Program-made: the position numbers and the translations under genes
Assembly: GCA_026396515.1 (NCBI GenBank)
Contig: JAPLWQ010000003.1
Span: forward strand, 227,569 to 291,568
DNA: 64,000 nucleotides
Source: Candidatus Magasanikiibacteriota bacterium
GTDB taxonomy: Bacteria > Patescibacteriota > Patescibacteriia > Magasanikbacterales > GWA2-37-8
Direction of reading: 5' to 3'
In this document: positions 37,080 through 47,411 of the stretch, one piece after another
Layout of the letters: every line of letters starts with the position of its first letter
Numbering within the stretch: position 1 is the stretch's first letter
Notes under the pieces: generated by a model
Database searches by the model: none
What the model was told of the DNA's origin: nothing
Seen by the model: the letters and a program-made list of their open reading frames with translations, nothing else

Positions 37080-37114
37080 GGGGCCGCGGGACATCACCCG
37101 GCCCCCTTTTTATT
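37080..37114 (+). terminator. Intrinsic terminator
   Basis: ggggccg...cggcccc stem plus ctttttatt. Confidence 0.6.
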
Positions 37115-37142
37115 TGCCAAATAATGATTTTTTTGGTAAAAT

Positions 37143-37823
37143 ATGCCAAATATGACTTACGGAAAACTATATATTGTCGCCACGCCGATCGGTAATCTCG
37201 GCGATATAACACTGCGCGCGCTAGAAACGCTTAAAAGCGTTGATTTTGTGTTGTGCGAAGACACTCGGGTTACCAAAAATCTACTGATGCATTTTAGTAT
37301 CTCAAAACCGCTTATCAGTTATCATCAGCACAGCGACCTCAAAAGAATTAAGGAGATTAAAGAATTACTTGAAAGCGGCAAGAATCTTGCGTTGGTCACT
37401 GACGCCGGAACGCCAGGCATTTCCGACCCGGGTAATTTATTGGTTAGGGATATGATAAAAGCCGGCGTAGAAACTATTGTACCGATTCCCGGTGCCTGTG
37501 CTGCCATAGCCGGGCTTTCAATTTCAGGGTTCCCCACAGATAAATTTGTTTTTCTCGGCTTTCCGCCGTTAAAGAATAAACGGCAGAAGTTTTTTCAGGA
37601 TTTGGCCGGACAATCTCATACTGTAGTTTTCTATGAATCAGGTCATCGGATAAAGAAATGTCTTGATGAATTGACGAAATTCCTGCCTGCAAACCGCGAA
37701 ATTATTATTTGCCGCGAATTGACCAAAATGTTTGAAACTATTTACAGAGGTGCGATCAGCCATGTTGTAAAAACTATGGCCGACGATAGAGGAGAGTTTG
37801 TAATAGTTGTGTCGGGTAAATAA
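37143..37823 (+). CDS. rsmI: 16S rRNA (cytidine1402-2'-O)-methyltransferase RsmI
   Basis: Tetrapyrrole-methylase fold; LYIVATPIGNLGDITLRALETLK..VLCEDTR. Confidence 0.8.
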   Translation: MPNMTYGKLYIVATPIGNLGDITLRALETLKSVDFVLCEDTRVTKNLLMHFSISKPLISYHQHSDLKRIKEIKELLESGKNLALVTDAGTPGISDPGNLLVRDMIKAGVETIVPIPGACAAIAGLSISGFPTDKFVFLGFPPLKNKRQKFFQDLAGQSHTVVFYESGHRIKKCLDELTKFLPANREIIICRELTKMFETIYRGAISHVVKTMADDRGEFVIVVSGK

Positions 37824-37828
37824 TTGGT

Positions 37829-38497
37829 ATGGATAAGAACATATCAAAACTCGGCCTTGAATATTGGCAAAAGGGGAGTAATCCATCGCTTTTAATTCAC
37901 ACCGGTACTCATGGCGACGAATATTCAGTGATTGAACTCGTAGAAAATTTCTTAACCGAGCACAAGGAAGAAATGTGCGATTTTGTTTGGGTACCGAGGG
38001 TCAGCCCGTCTGCGTGCCGTTTAAAGGCGCGCAATAATGAACGCGGTAATAATTTAAACCACATGTTTGTTGGTGAAATTATAGAACCGGAAGCGTTGGC
38101 AAACTTGGAATTACTATCTCCATTCAAGTTCAAAAACTTTTTATCGATACACGAGGATTTGACGGCGGATAAATTTTATATGTACGAAATGAAGGATAAT
38201 TCCAAAACAAGCGAATGGCAAAAATTATTTGTTGGATTAAAAAGCCGTGGCATCAATTTATATCAGGGTCTTGATGACCCAAACGATCCAGCTTTATGTA
38301 ATGAGATAAAAGATGGTTACTTTTCTTACGCCTGGCAAAAGGTTTCAACTATTGAAAAGGATCCATTTTTTGAATCATATATTTTTAGGAACCACCTGAT
38401 TACCGGCAAAGATGTTACAGCCGAAGTCCCAGGATTGTTAATTGCTGAGAAGAAAAAAATAATAATTGAATTACTTTTTAAATACATTTGCGCCTAA
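37829..38497 (+). CDS. M14-like zinc peptidase / AstE-AspA family protein
   Basis: Zinc-ligand motifs HTGTHGDE and SIHED; VPRVSPSA...NLNHMF resembles the AstE_AspA core. Confidence 0.4.
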   Translation: MDKNISKLGLEYWQKGSNPSLLIHTGTHGDEYSVIELVENFLTEHKEEMCDFVWVPRVSPSACRLKARNNERGNNLNHMFVGEIIEPEALANLELLSPFKFKNFLSIHEDLTADKFYMYEMKDNSKTSEWQKLFVGLKSRGINLYQGLDDPNDPALCNEIKDGYFSYAWQKVSTIEKDPFFESYIFRNHLITGKDVTAEVPGLLIAEKKKIIIELLFKYICA

Positions 38498-38506
38498 ACA
38501 GTCACT

Positions 38507-40039
38507 ATGAATACAGATAAATTTTATATCACCGCCGCCCTGCCTTATGCTAATGAGAACCCCCATATCGGGCACGCAATTTTATTTTTGTATACCGATG
38601 TAATGGCCAGATACCAGCGTATGCTTGGCAAGGACGTGTATTTTGTGACCGGTACTGACGAGCACGGTCAGAAAATGTTCCGATCGGCCAAAGAACATGG
38701 CTTGCCGGTGGAGGATTATTGCAGTGAGAAATCAGCCGTTTTCCAAAACCTAGCCGACCAATGGAATATCACCAACGATGATTTTATCCGAACCACGGAA
38801 AATCGTCATATTGAAGCGGCTCAAAAATTCTGGCTGGCCGCGGTTGAGAGCGGTGATATTTACAAGAAAAAATATACCGGTCTTTATTGCGTTGGTTGTG
38901 AGGCCTACAAAACGGAAAAAGATCTGGTTGGCGGCAAGTGTCCGGATCATCAAAAAGAGCCGGAAGTGTTGGAAGAAGAAAATTATTTTTTTCGGTTGTC
39001 AAAATATCAGGAACCGCTGGAACTGCTTTATGAACAGCAACCGGAATTTGTATATCCGCAGAATCGCTACAACGAAATGCATAATATTCTAAAAAATGGT
39101 CTTGAAGACATTAGTGTTTCACGTTCAACCGATAAACTCACCTGGGGCGTACCCGTACCGAACGATCCGACGCAGGTGATGTACGTTTGGTTCGATGCTT
39201 TGACCAATTACATTACCGCCCTCGGTTACGGTTCTACAAACGATACGCTTTTCAATAAATATTGGCCGGCGGATGCGCACGTTGTCGGCAAAGAAATTAA
39301 CCGCTTTCATTCTCTGCTTTGGCCGGCCATGCTAATGTCCGCCGGATTAGAATTGCCCAAAATGATCGCGGCGCACGGTTGGATTACGATCGACGGACAA
39401 AAAATGAGCAAATCCGTCGGCAATGTGATTGACCCGCTGAAAATGTCGTCCGATTATCCGATTGACGCTGTGAGATATTTCTTTATGCGCGAACTGCCGT
39501 TTGACAGCGATGGTGATTATTCCGAGGATAAATTCATAGCCCGCTACAACGGTGACCTGGCAAATGGCATAGGAAACTTAACAAATCGAATTGTGGTGAT
39601 GATTGAAAAGTATTGCGCCGGAACTGTTCCGGAAGTAAAAAATATCGACCATGAGATGATTGATTATTTAAAGGAAAAAATTTGGCCGGCGTATGAAGAA
39701 AACATGGCGAAATTTAGGTTTGACAAAGCTCTTGAGTCTGTGTGGGCGTTTATTACCCATTGCGATCAAAAAATTTCAGACGTTCAGCCGTGGGCCATGG
39801 CTAAAGACGGTAAAACCGACGAGGTTAACGATCTTTTATATCACCTGGCTGAATCCCTGCGCCAAATTGCTGTGATGATATGGCCAATAATGCCGGAGGC
39901 AGCGGAAAGAATTCTTGGCCAACTTGGTGTTGATGCGGGCGAAGAATTCGCCAAGCCGCTTAGCACATTAAAAAACTGGGTTGAATTGACTGTCGGTAAA
40001 AAAATTAGTGAGCCGGAAATTCTTTTTCCTCGTTTATAA
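38507..40039 (+). CDS. metG: Methionine--tRNA ligase
   Basis: HIGH motif PHIGHA; KMSKS; zinc knuckle CVGCEAYK...CPDH. Confidence 0.9.
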   Translation: MNTDKFYITAALPYANENPHIGHAILFLYTDVMARYQRMLGKDVYFVTGTDEHGQKMFRSAKEHGLPVEDYCSEKSAVFQNLADQWNITNDDFIRTTENRHIEAAQKFWLAAVESGDIYKKKYTGLYCVGCEAYKTEKDLVGGKCPDHQKEPEVLEEENYFFRLSKYQEPLELLYEQQPEFVYPQNRYNEMHNILKNGLEDISVSRSTDKLTWGVPVPNDPTQVMYVWFDALTNYITALGYGSTNDTLFNKYWPADAHVVGKEINRFHSLLWPAMLMSAGLELPKMIAAHGWITIDGQKMSKSVGNVIDPLKMSSDYPIDAVRYFFMRELPFDSDGDYSEDKFIARYNGDLANGIGNLTNRIVVMIEKYCAGTVPEVKNIDHEMIDYLKEKIWPAYEENMAKFRFDKALESVWAFITHCDQKISDVQPWAMAKDGKTDEVNDLLYHLAESLRQIAVMIWPIMPEAAERILGQLGVDAGEEFAKPLSTLKNWVELTVGKKISEPEILFPRL

Positions 40040-40051
40040 TAAATATTATAT

Positions 40052-40573
40052 ATGTCATTTTTTGATATATTACTCGTCTTAATCATCGTCGGCTTTGGCC
40101 TAGTTGGTCTTTGGCTTGGCTTGGTTCAAACGATTGGCTCGCTTATCGGCACTATTCTCGGAGTTTATCTTGCTTTCAGGTTTTATTCGCCGGTCGCAGT
40201 TTGGATAATGAGCATAACCGGATGGCAGGGGAACATAACGAAGGTGGTTGTATTTATCGTCTCATTTGTTGTAATTAACCGGCTGGTTGGACTTGTATTT
40301 TGGCTGCTGAATAAATTCTTGGGTATATTTACCAAACTGCCATTTATCAATTCAGCTAACAAGCTACTGGGTCTAATTTTCGGTTTAATCGAAGGAGCGC
40401 TTGTAGTTGGTGTCGCTCTATATTTCATTTCCCGATTTCCGCTTGGCGCCAAGTTTATGGCGGCTTTAGCCGCGTCAAAAATAGCGCCGCATCTCGATAG
40501 CCTGATATCAGTGCTGAAACCGTTTATCCCCGACGCCATAAAATTAATTAAAAGCACAATTGGACTTTTTTAA
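40052..40573 (+). CDS. CvpA-family membrane protein
   Basis: 4 TM, CvpA-like topology and size. Confidence 0.6.
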   Translation: MSFFDILLVLIIVGFGLVGLWLGLVQTIGSLIGTILGVYLAFRFYSPVAVWIMSITGWQGNITKVVVFIVSFVVINRLVGLVFWLLNKFLGIFTKLPFINSANKLLGLIFGLIEGALVVGVALYFISRFPLGAKFMAALAASKIAPHLDSLISVLKPFIPDAIKLIKSTIGLF

Positions 40574-40576
40574 ATT

Positions 40577-42415
40577 ATGCGTAATTTTTTGTTGATATTC
40601 GCTTGCCTTGTATTGCTGCCGGGGTGTAATTCTATCGGGAAACAGTCTAAGACGGTGCAAAGCGAGCAGGCCGACTCTTCTTCTCAGGTAAGCGCAGTTG
40701 ATTACTCTAACTTGCCTGTTATTCAAGCCATTCCTTATGATAAGGAATTCTTTGATGCAACTTTCAAACAAGCTGAAGAGGTGGGCGACGTCGGCACGGT
40801 TCGCGGGGCTATCGTTCCGCACCATTTGGTTGGCGGGAACATTCCGGCGACTTTTTTTAATTACATTTCAAAACAGAAACCATCAACCATCGTAATATTT
40901 GGGCCTAATCACTTTTTGAAAGGCAACTCCGATGTATTATCCGCGATAAACTATTGGAATACCCCTTACGGAACAGTTAAGACGAATGAGAAAATATTGG
41001 CCAATTTATATGCTGGCAGTCTGGTGAAGGATGATCTGGCTGTAATGAAAGAAGAACACTCAATCGGAGCTTTGATGAGTTTTATCGCTAATTATCTTCC
41101 GGGTGCAAAAATAGTACCGCTAATTTTTCCATACAATGCCTCGACGTCATCGATTGATAAGATGCTTGAAAAGTTGTGGCCGCAATTGCCGGTTGATGCT
41201 GTTTTTGTCTCTTCAATTGATTTTTCACATTATCAAAATCCGACTGTAACCGCATTTCATGATGAACTAAACAGGGCTGTGGTGCGCAATTTTGAGTATA
41301 ACCGGCTAGATAAAATGGAAATTGATTCTACTCCAAGTCTTTACGCGCTTTGGCGGTCTATGGATAAAATAGGTGCGAAAGAAATTGTTTATGAAAAATT
41401 CGGCAGTTCTGATACGAGAATGAATAACCCAAAACTCGAAGAAACAACCAGTTATTATTCACCGTATTTCGCGATCGGTGACAAAGGCGAGGATCGTTTG
41501 TCATCCATGCTATTTTTTGGCGACATGATGCTTGACCGTAATGTAAAAATTCAAATTGACAAAAACGGGCAGAATTATATTTTTACCAAACTGGCCGGTG
41601 AGGAAAACAGGTTTTTTATGGGTACTGACCTGATTCATGCGAATCTGGAAGGGCCGTTTGCCAATTCGCGCCGAGCCACAAGCAAGGAAATCGCTTTTCG
41701 TTTTGATCCGCTCCTTTTGCCCATGCTAAAAAAATATAATTTTGGCATGTTCAGCCAGGCGAACAATCATTCGCTGGATATGGGAACCGCGGGATTTGAT
41801 GAATCGCTGAAAAATCTTAATGAGTTTGGATTTGATGTTTATGGGGCACAATACCGGACAGATGACAGTTCCATCAAAATTAAACAGGTCGGAAACAATA
41901 CAATACTCTTTATCGGTCTCAATGATACTAATACGCCCGTAGATATTGAAAAATTCAAACAACTGATTTTAAGAGGGCAGAGTATCGACGAAAATTTGGA
42001 GCCGGAATATACCGTGGTCAACATTCATTGGGGAGAGGAGTACAAAGAAATTTCCAATAACCATCAGAGGGAATTGGCGCATGCGCTGATTGACGCTGGG
42101 GCAGATGTTATAATTGGAACTCACCCCCATGTGGTGCAGGAAATGGAAATTTATAAAAACCGTCCGATATTTTATTCTTTGGGCAATTTTGTTTTCGACC
42201 AATATTTTTCCGTACCGACCCAACAGGGCTTGGGCGTCGGCGTTATACTCCGGCGCGATACCATTACGCTTTATCCGATTGCCCTGGAACAAAATCAGAG
42301 CCAGGTGTCACAAATGCCTTATGAAAAACGCGTAAAATATCTGAACGACTGGATTGTAAAAAGCCGGCTGGGGGAATACAAATTTGAAAATAATAGAATC
42401 TTAATTAATAAATAA
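40577..42415 (+). CDS. Lipoprotein fusing a Memo-like (AmmeMemoRadiSam system protein B) domain to a CapA/PGA_cap metallophosphatase domain
   Basis: Lipobox LLPGC; Memo-like GAIVPHHLVGG...IVIFGPNHF; CapA-like MLFFGDMMLDRNV...GNFVFDQ. Confidence 0.55.
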   Translation: MRNFLLIFACLVLLPGCNSIGKQSKTVQSEQADSSSQVSAVDYSNLPVIQAIPYDKEFFDATFKQAEEVGDVGTVRGAIVPHHLVGGNIPATFFNYISKQKPSTIVIFGPNHFLKGNSDVLSAINYWNTPYGTVKTNEKILANLYAGSLVKDDLAVMKEEHSIGALMSFIANYLPGAKIVPLIFPYNASTSSIDKMLEKLWPQLPVDAVFVSSIDFSHYQNPTVTAFHDELNRAVVRNFEYNRLDKMEIDSTPSLYALWRSMDKIGAKEIVYEKFGSSDTRMNNPKLEETTSYYSPYFAIGDKGEDRLSSMLFFGDMMLDRNVKIQIDKNGQNYIFTKLAGEENRFFMGTDLIHANLEGPFANSRRATSKEIAFRFDPLLLPMLKKYNFGMFSQANNHSLDMGTAGFDESLKNLNEFGFDVYGAQYRTDDSSIKIKQVGNNTILFIGLNDTNTPVDIEKFKQLILRGQSIDENLEPEYTVVNIHWGEEYKEISNNHQRELAHALIDAGADVIIGTHPHVVQEMEIYKNRPIFYSLGNFVFDQYFSVPTQQGLGVGVILRRDTITLYPIALEQNQSQVSQMPYEKRVKYLNDWIVKSRLGEYKFENNRILINK

Positions 42416-42416
42416 T

Positions 42417-44087
42417 ATGTTTTTTAAAAAACATCTTTTGGCGGTCATTGTGATTGCCGCTGCACTCATTGGTTGCGCATCAGTAATGTACATGGCGATA
42501 GCGAAAATGGGACATAGCCGTATCGTGGCAGAAAATGCGATGCAAGAATCTCGCGACATGGCGTTTCAGGTCGCGTTACGAGTGGCTGCCGAGCGGGCAA
42601 ACGAAGATAAAGGCAAGGTTTATGAGGACTGCCAAAGGAATATTAAGTCGCGGATAAATAGCTTAAAAAATATCGACCTGCCTGACGATTTATTAAAAAA
42701 TGCGGTTTGGTCGGTGCCGACATCGGGAGTATATGCTTACGCGGATTTTTCTTACGACGGAACAAACGGAAGTGCGAATGTTTTTGTTTTGGATCCGGGT
42801 ACCAGCTACGCGGTAATTAATTATAAGGGAAAACAAATTCTAGCCTCATCCGTGGTTGACTCATACTACGACAGTAATCCGCTCGTGACGCCCATCAGAG
42901 ATCTGATCGGTCCGTATTTTTGCGACCTGAACGTGAGCGGCGGAGAAATTATGGTCAACGAGAAATTGGTTGTTCCTGACGCAAAATTTGATAATGCGCC
43001 AAAAATAATTGAAGGACCGGGTGTAAAGCAAAAAGCTCAATTGGTAAAAACATTTTTGCCTTACATTTTGGATGCCGATGTAACAACAACAGTGGCTTAT
43101 GACAATGGATCTATAAAAATGATGGTTAATCCGAGCAATGGGTACTATGTCAAACTGACTAACGGAAAAATTTCATTTTACGATTCATACGACTTGTCTC
43201 ATTTTGCTTCATCAATCAAGTTGGACGGCCGCAACGAAAAGCTGGGAGAATATGACTCGCACAGAGCGGGAGGGTGCGGAACAAAAATGTTAAATATCGT
43301 AAATGTTAACGACAATGAATTGAAGCAAATTGGCGTCGCGTCCAACGGTGATAAATTGTATGCCTACACAGACAATGAAAAGGTAAGGCCATTTTATGAG
43401 ACAACGTATTTCCCCGATGCGTCTACGAACGAAAATGTTACATTCGAAAAATTTCTGGCAGATCAGCCTTACTTCATCTGGTACGACGGATTCGGCATGG
43501 CGATCCAGTATCAAAAAACTAAATACACGCCTGCTGCCGAATGCGGCAAGCCGGTGATATATTTGTACCCGGAAAAAGATATGAACGTGTCGGTAAAAGT
43601 GGCGCCGAACGGCGGATTCAAATTTACCGAACCAACATACAACAACGGCTGGAATGTTTGGGCGTCCACACAAAGCGAGCTGACAAATATATCTGACGGG
43701 GCATCATACCCGTATTTATTCTGGGAAGGAAAAGCGTATAATTATGATACGCCCAACCATGGTTTTGTTTTGAAGCGTGAAAGCGTAGCCCACGATATGG
43801 CGATACTTCTGAAGCGCCTGGGCCTGAACGAAAAGGAATCGGCCGACTTTATGGAATTTTGGCAACCGAAATTAGAGATAAAACCGTACGTTTACGTCAC
43901 CTTTTTGCCGCAAGCCGAATTTGACAAGCTTGCCCCGCTGACCGTAACGCCAAAGCCGGATAAAGTTATTCGCGTATTTATGGATTACGAACCTCTCGAC
44001 CATTTTGTCTCCGTACCGCCATTAAAAATCACCACGCCGACCCGTACCGGCTTTATGGTGGTTGAATGGGGCGGACGATTAAGATAA
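42417..44087 (+). CDS. Hypothetical membrane-anchored extracellular protein (556 aa)
   Basis: N-terminal TM/Cys anchor; no recognisable catalytic motif; adjacent to the Memo-CapA gene (2-nt gap). Confidence 0.4.
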   Translation: MFFKKHLLAVIVIAAALIGCASVMYMAIAKMGHSRIVAENAMQESRDMAFQVALRVAAERANEDKGKVYEDCQRNIKSRINSLKNIDLPDDLLKNAVWSVPTSGVYAYADFSYDGTNGSANVFVLDPGTSYAVINYKGKQILASSVVDSYYDSNPLVTPIRDLIGPYFCDLNVSGGEIMVNEKLVVPDAKFDNAPKIIEGPGVKQKAQLVKTFLPYILDADVTTTVAYDNGSIKMMVNPSNGYYVKLTNGKISFYDSYDLSHFASSIKLDGRNEKLGEYDSHRAGGCGTKMLNIVNVNDNELKQIGVASNGDKLYAYTDNEKVRPFYETTYFPDASTNENVTFEKFLADQPYFIWYDGFGMAIQYQKTKYTPAAECGKPVIYLYPEKDMNVSVKVAPNGGFKFTEPTYNNGWNVWASTQSELTNISDGASYPYLFWEGKAYNYDTPNHGFVLKRESVAHDMAILLKRLGLNEKESADFMEFWQPKLEIKPYVYVTFLPQAEFDKLAPLTVTPKPDKVIRVFMDYEPLDHFVSVPPLKITTPTRTGFMVVEWGGRLR

Positions 44088-44089
44088 TT

Positions 44090-44932
44090 ATGCTATTTGA
44101 TACTCACTGCCATCTGCAATTCAGCGCGTACAAAGACGATGCCGACGAAGTGTATAAAAAATGCGCCAACCGGGGCATGCTTTTGAATATTGTCGGTTCG
44201 CAGCGCGACACCTCGGTTCGCGCCATTGAATACGCGGAAAAATATCCGAACGCCTACGCCACAATAGGTCTACACCCTATTCACTTAATCTCCGCTGAAG
44301 TCGATGAAGAGGAAATCCAATTCAAATCGCGTGAAGAAGAGTTTGATTATAACACTTACAAAAAACTTGCCGAGCACGATAAAGTTATCGCGATAGGTGA
44401 GTGCGGTCTGGAACTTTATCATCTGCCGGAAGGGATGAACGCGGAGGAAGCGATACGTATTCAATCCGTTGCGTTCGTCGAGCAATACAAACTGGCGCAA
44501 GAGATGAATCTGCCGATGGTAATTCATGTCCGCGACGCTCACCGCCAAATGATTGATTTAATTAAAACATTGCCAGGAATCCGCGGTGTAGTGCACTGTT
44601 ACACCGGTAACTGGGATTTTGCTCAGGAATATCTGAGCCTCGGCCTCTACCTGGGTTTTACCGGAGTTATCACATTCCCACCGAAGAAGACTGACCCCAA
44701 AAGTCAGACAGATTTGCTAGAAGCGGTAGAAAAATGCCCGATGGAACGAATTCTTATTGAAACGGACGCACCTTACCTGGCTCCGCAAGCATACCGGGGC
44801 GAACGCTGCGAGCCGTGGATGGTTGAGGAGGTGGCTAAGAAAATCGCGGAAATAAAGGGATTATCTGTTGACGAGACAATCACGCAATCTACCGAAAACG
44901 CTCGTCGGCTATTCACACGGCTGAAACCATAG
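44090..44932 (+). CDS. tatD: TatD-family metal-dependent hydrolase/DNase
   Basis: MLFDTHCHLQF; His/Glu/Asp metal ligands conserved. Confidence 0.8.
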   Translation: MLFDTHCHLQFSAYKDDADEVYKKCANRGMLLNIVGSQRDTSVRAIEYAEKYPNAYATIGLHPIHLISAEVDEEEIQFKSREEEFDYNTYKKLAEHDKVIAIGECGLELYHLPEGMNAEEAIRIQSVAFVEQYKLAQEMNLPMVIHVRDAHRQMIDLIKTLPGIRGVVHCYTGNWDFAQEYLSLGLYLGFTGVITFPPKKTDPKSQTDLLEAVEKCPMERILIETDAPYLAPQAYRGERCEPWMVEEVAKKIAEIKGLSVDETITQSTENARRLFTRLKP

Positions 44933-44958
44933 ATTTATCCCCACAAAAAAATTAAAAA

Positions 44959-44987
44959 TACCCTTGACTTCTCAAGGGTATTTGTGT
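44959..44987 (+). terminator. Intrinsic terminator (weak T-run)
   Basis: tacccttga-cttc-tcaagggta followed by tttgtgt. Confidence 0.45.
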
Positions 44988-45007
44988 AAAATATTGGCGT
45001 CAATTAT

Positions 45008-45265
45008 ATGCAAGACAAGCCAAAAAAGCAATCAACCGATCACGGCTATTATGTTCTCGGTGTAAAGATTATGTTGGATATGGGTTTTAGTATTGCCGTT
45101 CCCGCGGTCGCCGCTGCTCTATTGGGTCAATATCTGGATGAGAAATATGACAGAGCGCCGCTATTTATTATATTGCTCCTGGTCAACGCTTTTCTTATAT
45201 CAGCTAGAATAATTATTACCAAGGCAAAAAGGTACGGCAAAGAGTACGAGAATTTAGATAAATAG
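45008..45265 (+). CDS. AtpZ/AtpI-like small membrane protein preceding the ATP synthase operon
   Basis: 85 aa, 2 TM, immediately upstream of atpB. Confidence 0.45.
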   Translation: MQDKPKKQSTDHGYYVLGVKIMLDMGFSIAVPAVAAALLGQYLDEKYDRAPLFIILLLVNAFLISARIIITKAKRYGKEYENLDK

Positions 45266-45267
45266 CT

Positions 45268-46044
45268 ATGCATATCCCGACAATGGCGCCAGATGTCCTA
45301 TTTACCATCGGACCCCTGCCAATCACAAACACCGTAATTAACACATGGATTGCCATTGTCATATGTTTGATATTCGGCATCATAATTAGCCGAAAAATTT
45401 CATTGCGACCGGGCAAGTTCCAAAATGCATTTGAGTTTTTTTTGGAAACATTGCTCGGTTTTTTTGATCAAGTGACTGGAGATAGAAAAAAAACAATGAA
45501 ATTTTTGCCACTTGTCGGCTCTGTGTTCTTTTTTATCCTTTTATCCAATTGGCTCGGCCTTTTGCCCGGCACCGGCAGTATCACTTACCAAAACAAAATG
45601 CTTTTGCGACCGGCCAATACGGATTTAAATTTGGTTTTCGGTATGACGCTTGTCGCTCTTGTGACATCCCATATCTGGGGCCTTATTACAGTCGGTTTTT
45701 TTACCTATGTAGGCAAGTTTGTTCAAATAAGGCAATTATTTTTGAGTTTTAGAAAAGGACCGCTTGCAATATTTACGGCTATTATCGAGTTATTCGTAGG
45801 ATTACTTGAAATTATTTCCGAATTAGCAAAGGTTTTATCTCTATCGTTTCGGTTATTTGGTAATATTTTCGCAGGTGAAATTTTAATAACGGTAATGAGC
45901 AGTTTAGTGGCTTTTATCGTTCCAACACCATTTATGTTTCTTGAGATATTGGTTGGCCTCATTCAAGCAGGCGTATTCGCAATTTTAACACTAGTGTATC
46001 TTACTATCGCCACCACGAAACCACATGCCGTCGAAGAACATTAA
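45268..46044 (+). CDS. atpB: F0F1 ATP synthase subunit a
   Basis: 5 TM; conserved Arg in LSLSFRLFGNIFAGE. Confidence 0.85.
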   Translation: MHIPTMAPDVLFTIGPLPITNTVINTWIAIVICLIFGIIISRKISLRPGKFQNAFEFFLETLLGFFDQVTGDRKKTMKFLPLVGSVFFFILLSNWLGLLPGTGSITYQNKMLLRPANTDLNLVFGMTLVALVTSHIWGLITVGFFTYVGKFVQIRQLFLSFRKGPLAIFTAIIELFVGLLEIISELAKVLSLSFRLFGNIFAGEILITVMSSLVAFIVPTPFMFLEILVGLIQAGVFAILTLVYLTIATTKPHAVEEH

Positions 46045-46059
46045 ACAACAAATGCCATA

Positions 46060-46120
46060 ATGAACGAAGTGGGTATTGTTTTACTCCAGGCAGAATCTCC
46101 GCTTCGCTCAGAATGACAAT
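46060..46120. repeat. Probable degenerate third copy of the palindromic repeat (atpB-atpE intergenic)
   Basis: taatg...ccgcttcgctcagaatgacaataaa parallels copy B's taatg...ctcgctcgcgatgacaataaa. Confidence 0.3.
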
Positions 46121-46133
46121 AAAAAAATTATAA

Positions 46134-46370
<237 letters not shown>

Positions 46371-46377
46371 TTTTCGA

Positions 46378-46438
46378 GATTAGTTGTCATACCGACCGCT
46401 GAGGATTGATCCTGCGGCGCGAATATCGACAACTAATC
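46378..46438 (+). promoter_or_regulatory. Nested stem-loop in the atpE-atpF intergenic region (11-bp perfect outer stem)
   Basis: gattagttgtc (46378-88) / gacaactaatc (46428-38); inner ccgc-tg-agga...tcct-gcgg hairpin. Confidence 0.45.
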
Positions 46439-46458
46439 AACTAAACTTACTTATATAT

Positions 46459-47034
46459 ATGATATTTATTGAAAACGTTTTTGCCAGCGAGGCGGAGATA
46501 TCTCAAGAGGCGACCTCGAGCGCTGGAGAGGGAATTTTGAGTTCACTGGGTGTTAACGCCCCATTGTTCGCTTTTCAGCTTTTAAACTTTGCCATCGTAT
46601 TTGTAATACTGTGGTTCTTGATTCTTAAGCCGCTTAGCAAAAAACTGACCGAGAGGCAAAAAATGATCGACGACAGCATAGAAAATTCAAAAAAAATTGA
46701 TGAAATTCTTAAGCAAGGCGAGAAAAAATATCAAGATAGAATCGACGTTGCCAAGGCTGAAGCAAACGCCATTTTAGAACGGGCGAAGATCGAGTCCGAC
46801 TTCATCGCCGAAGAAGCAAAGAACAAAACAAAAGGTGATATGGAGGTGCTTGTTGCTCAAGCAAAAGCGAGGATTTCGTCTGAAAAGGACAATATGATTG
46901 CAGGATTGAAAAATGAAACGGCCGGTTTGGTTGTCACCGCACTACAACAAATTCTCGGCGAAAAAATTGATGCGAATAAGGATAAGAAAATTATTTCTGA
47001 TGCTTTGAGCAAATTGGATTATGAAAAAAAATAG
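46459..47034 (+). CDS. atpF: F0F1 ATP synthase subunit b
   Basis: Single N-terminal TM plus long charged coiled coil; start moved to the ATG after the intergenic hairpin. Confidence 0.7.
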   Translation: MIFIENVFASEAEISQEATSSAGEGILSSLGVNAPLFAFQLLNFAIVFVILWFLILKPLSKKLTERQKMIDDSIENSKKIDEILKQGEKKYQDRIDVAKAEANAILERAKIESDFIAEEAKNKTKGDMEVLVAQAKARISSEKDNMIAGLKNETAGLVVTALQQILGEKIDANKDKKIISDALSKLDYEKK

Positions 47035-47407
47035 CCCCAGACAATACGGTATAGCGTTTTGGCAGGCGACGCGCGGCCTTAAAGGGGCCGACCTAGGTTT
47101 GGCTATTTCAAATTTCGTCGCGCTTTTAGCCAGAGAACGAATGATTAAAAAATCCGATGAGGTAATTAGAAGCTTCATTCAATACGCTAAGGAACAGGAC
47201 GGCGTCGAAGACATAGAGATTATTTCAGCTCACCCATTGTCAGATAAGGTTATAAACTCCATAAAAAACATTTTTGGAAATAAGGTGGACGCAATACAAA
47301 AAACCGACGCTTCACTTATAGGCGGGGTTATTATTCGAACAAGAGATAAGATTTTAGACGCCAGCATTAAATCACAATTAAATAAATTGAAGCAATCTTT
47401 AATATAA
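47021..47407 (+). CDS. atpH: F0F1 ATP synthase subunit delta (short OSCP form)
   Basis: Position in operon; C-terminal OSCP-like [21 protein letters not shown]. Confidence 0.6.
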   Translation: MKKNSPRQYGIAFWQATRGLKGADLGLAISNFVALLARERMIKKSDEVIRSFIQYAKEQDGVEDIEIISAHPLSDKVINSIKNIFGNKVDAIQKTDASLIGGVIIRTRDKILDASIKSQLNKLKQSLI

Positions 47408-47411
47408 ACCT

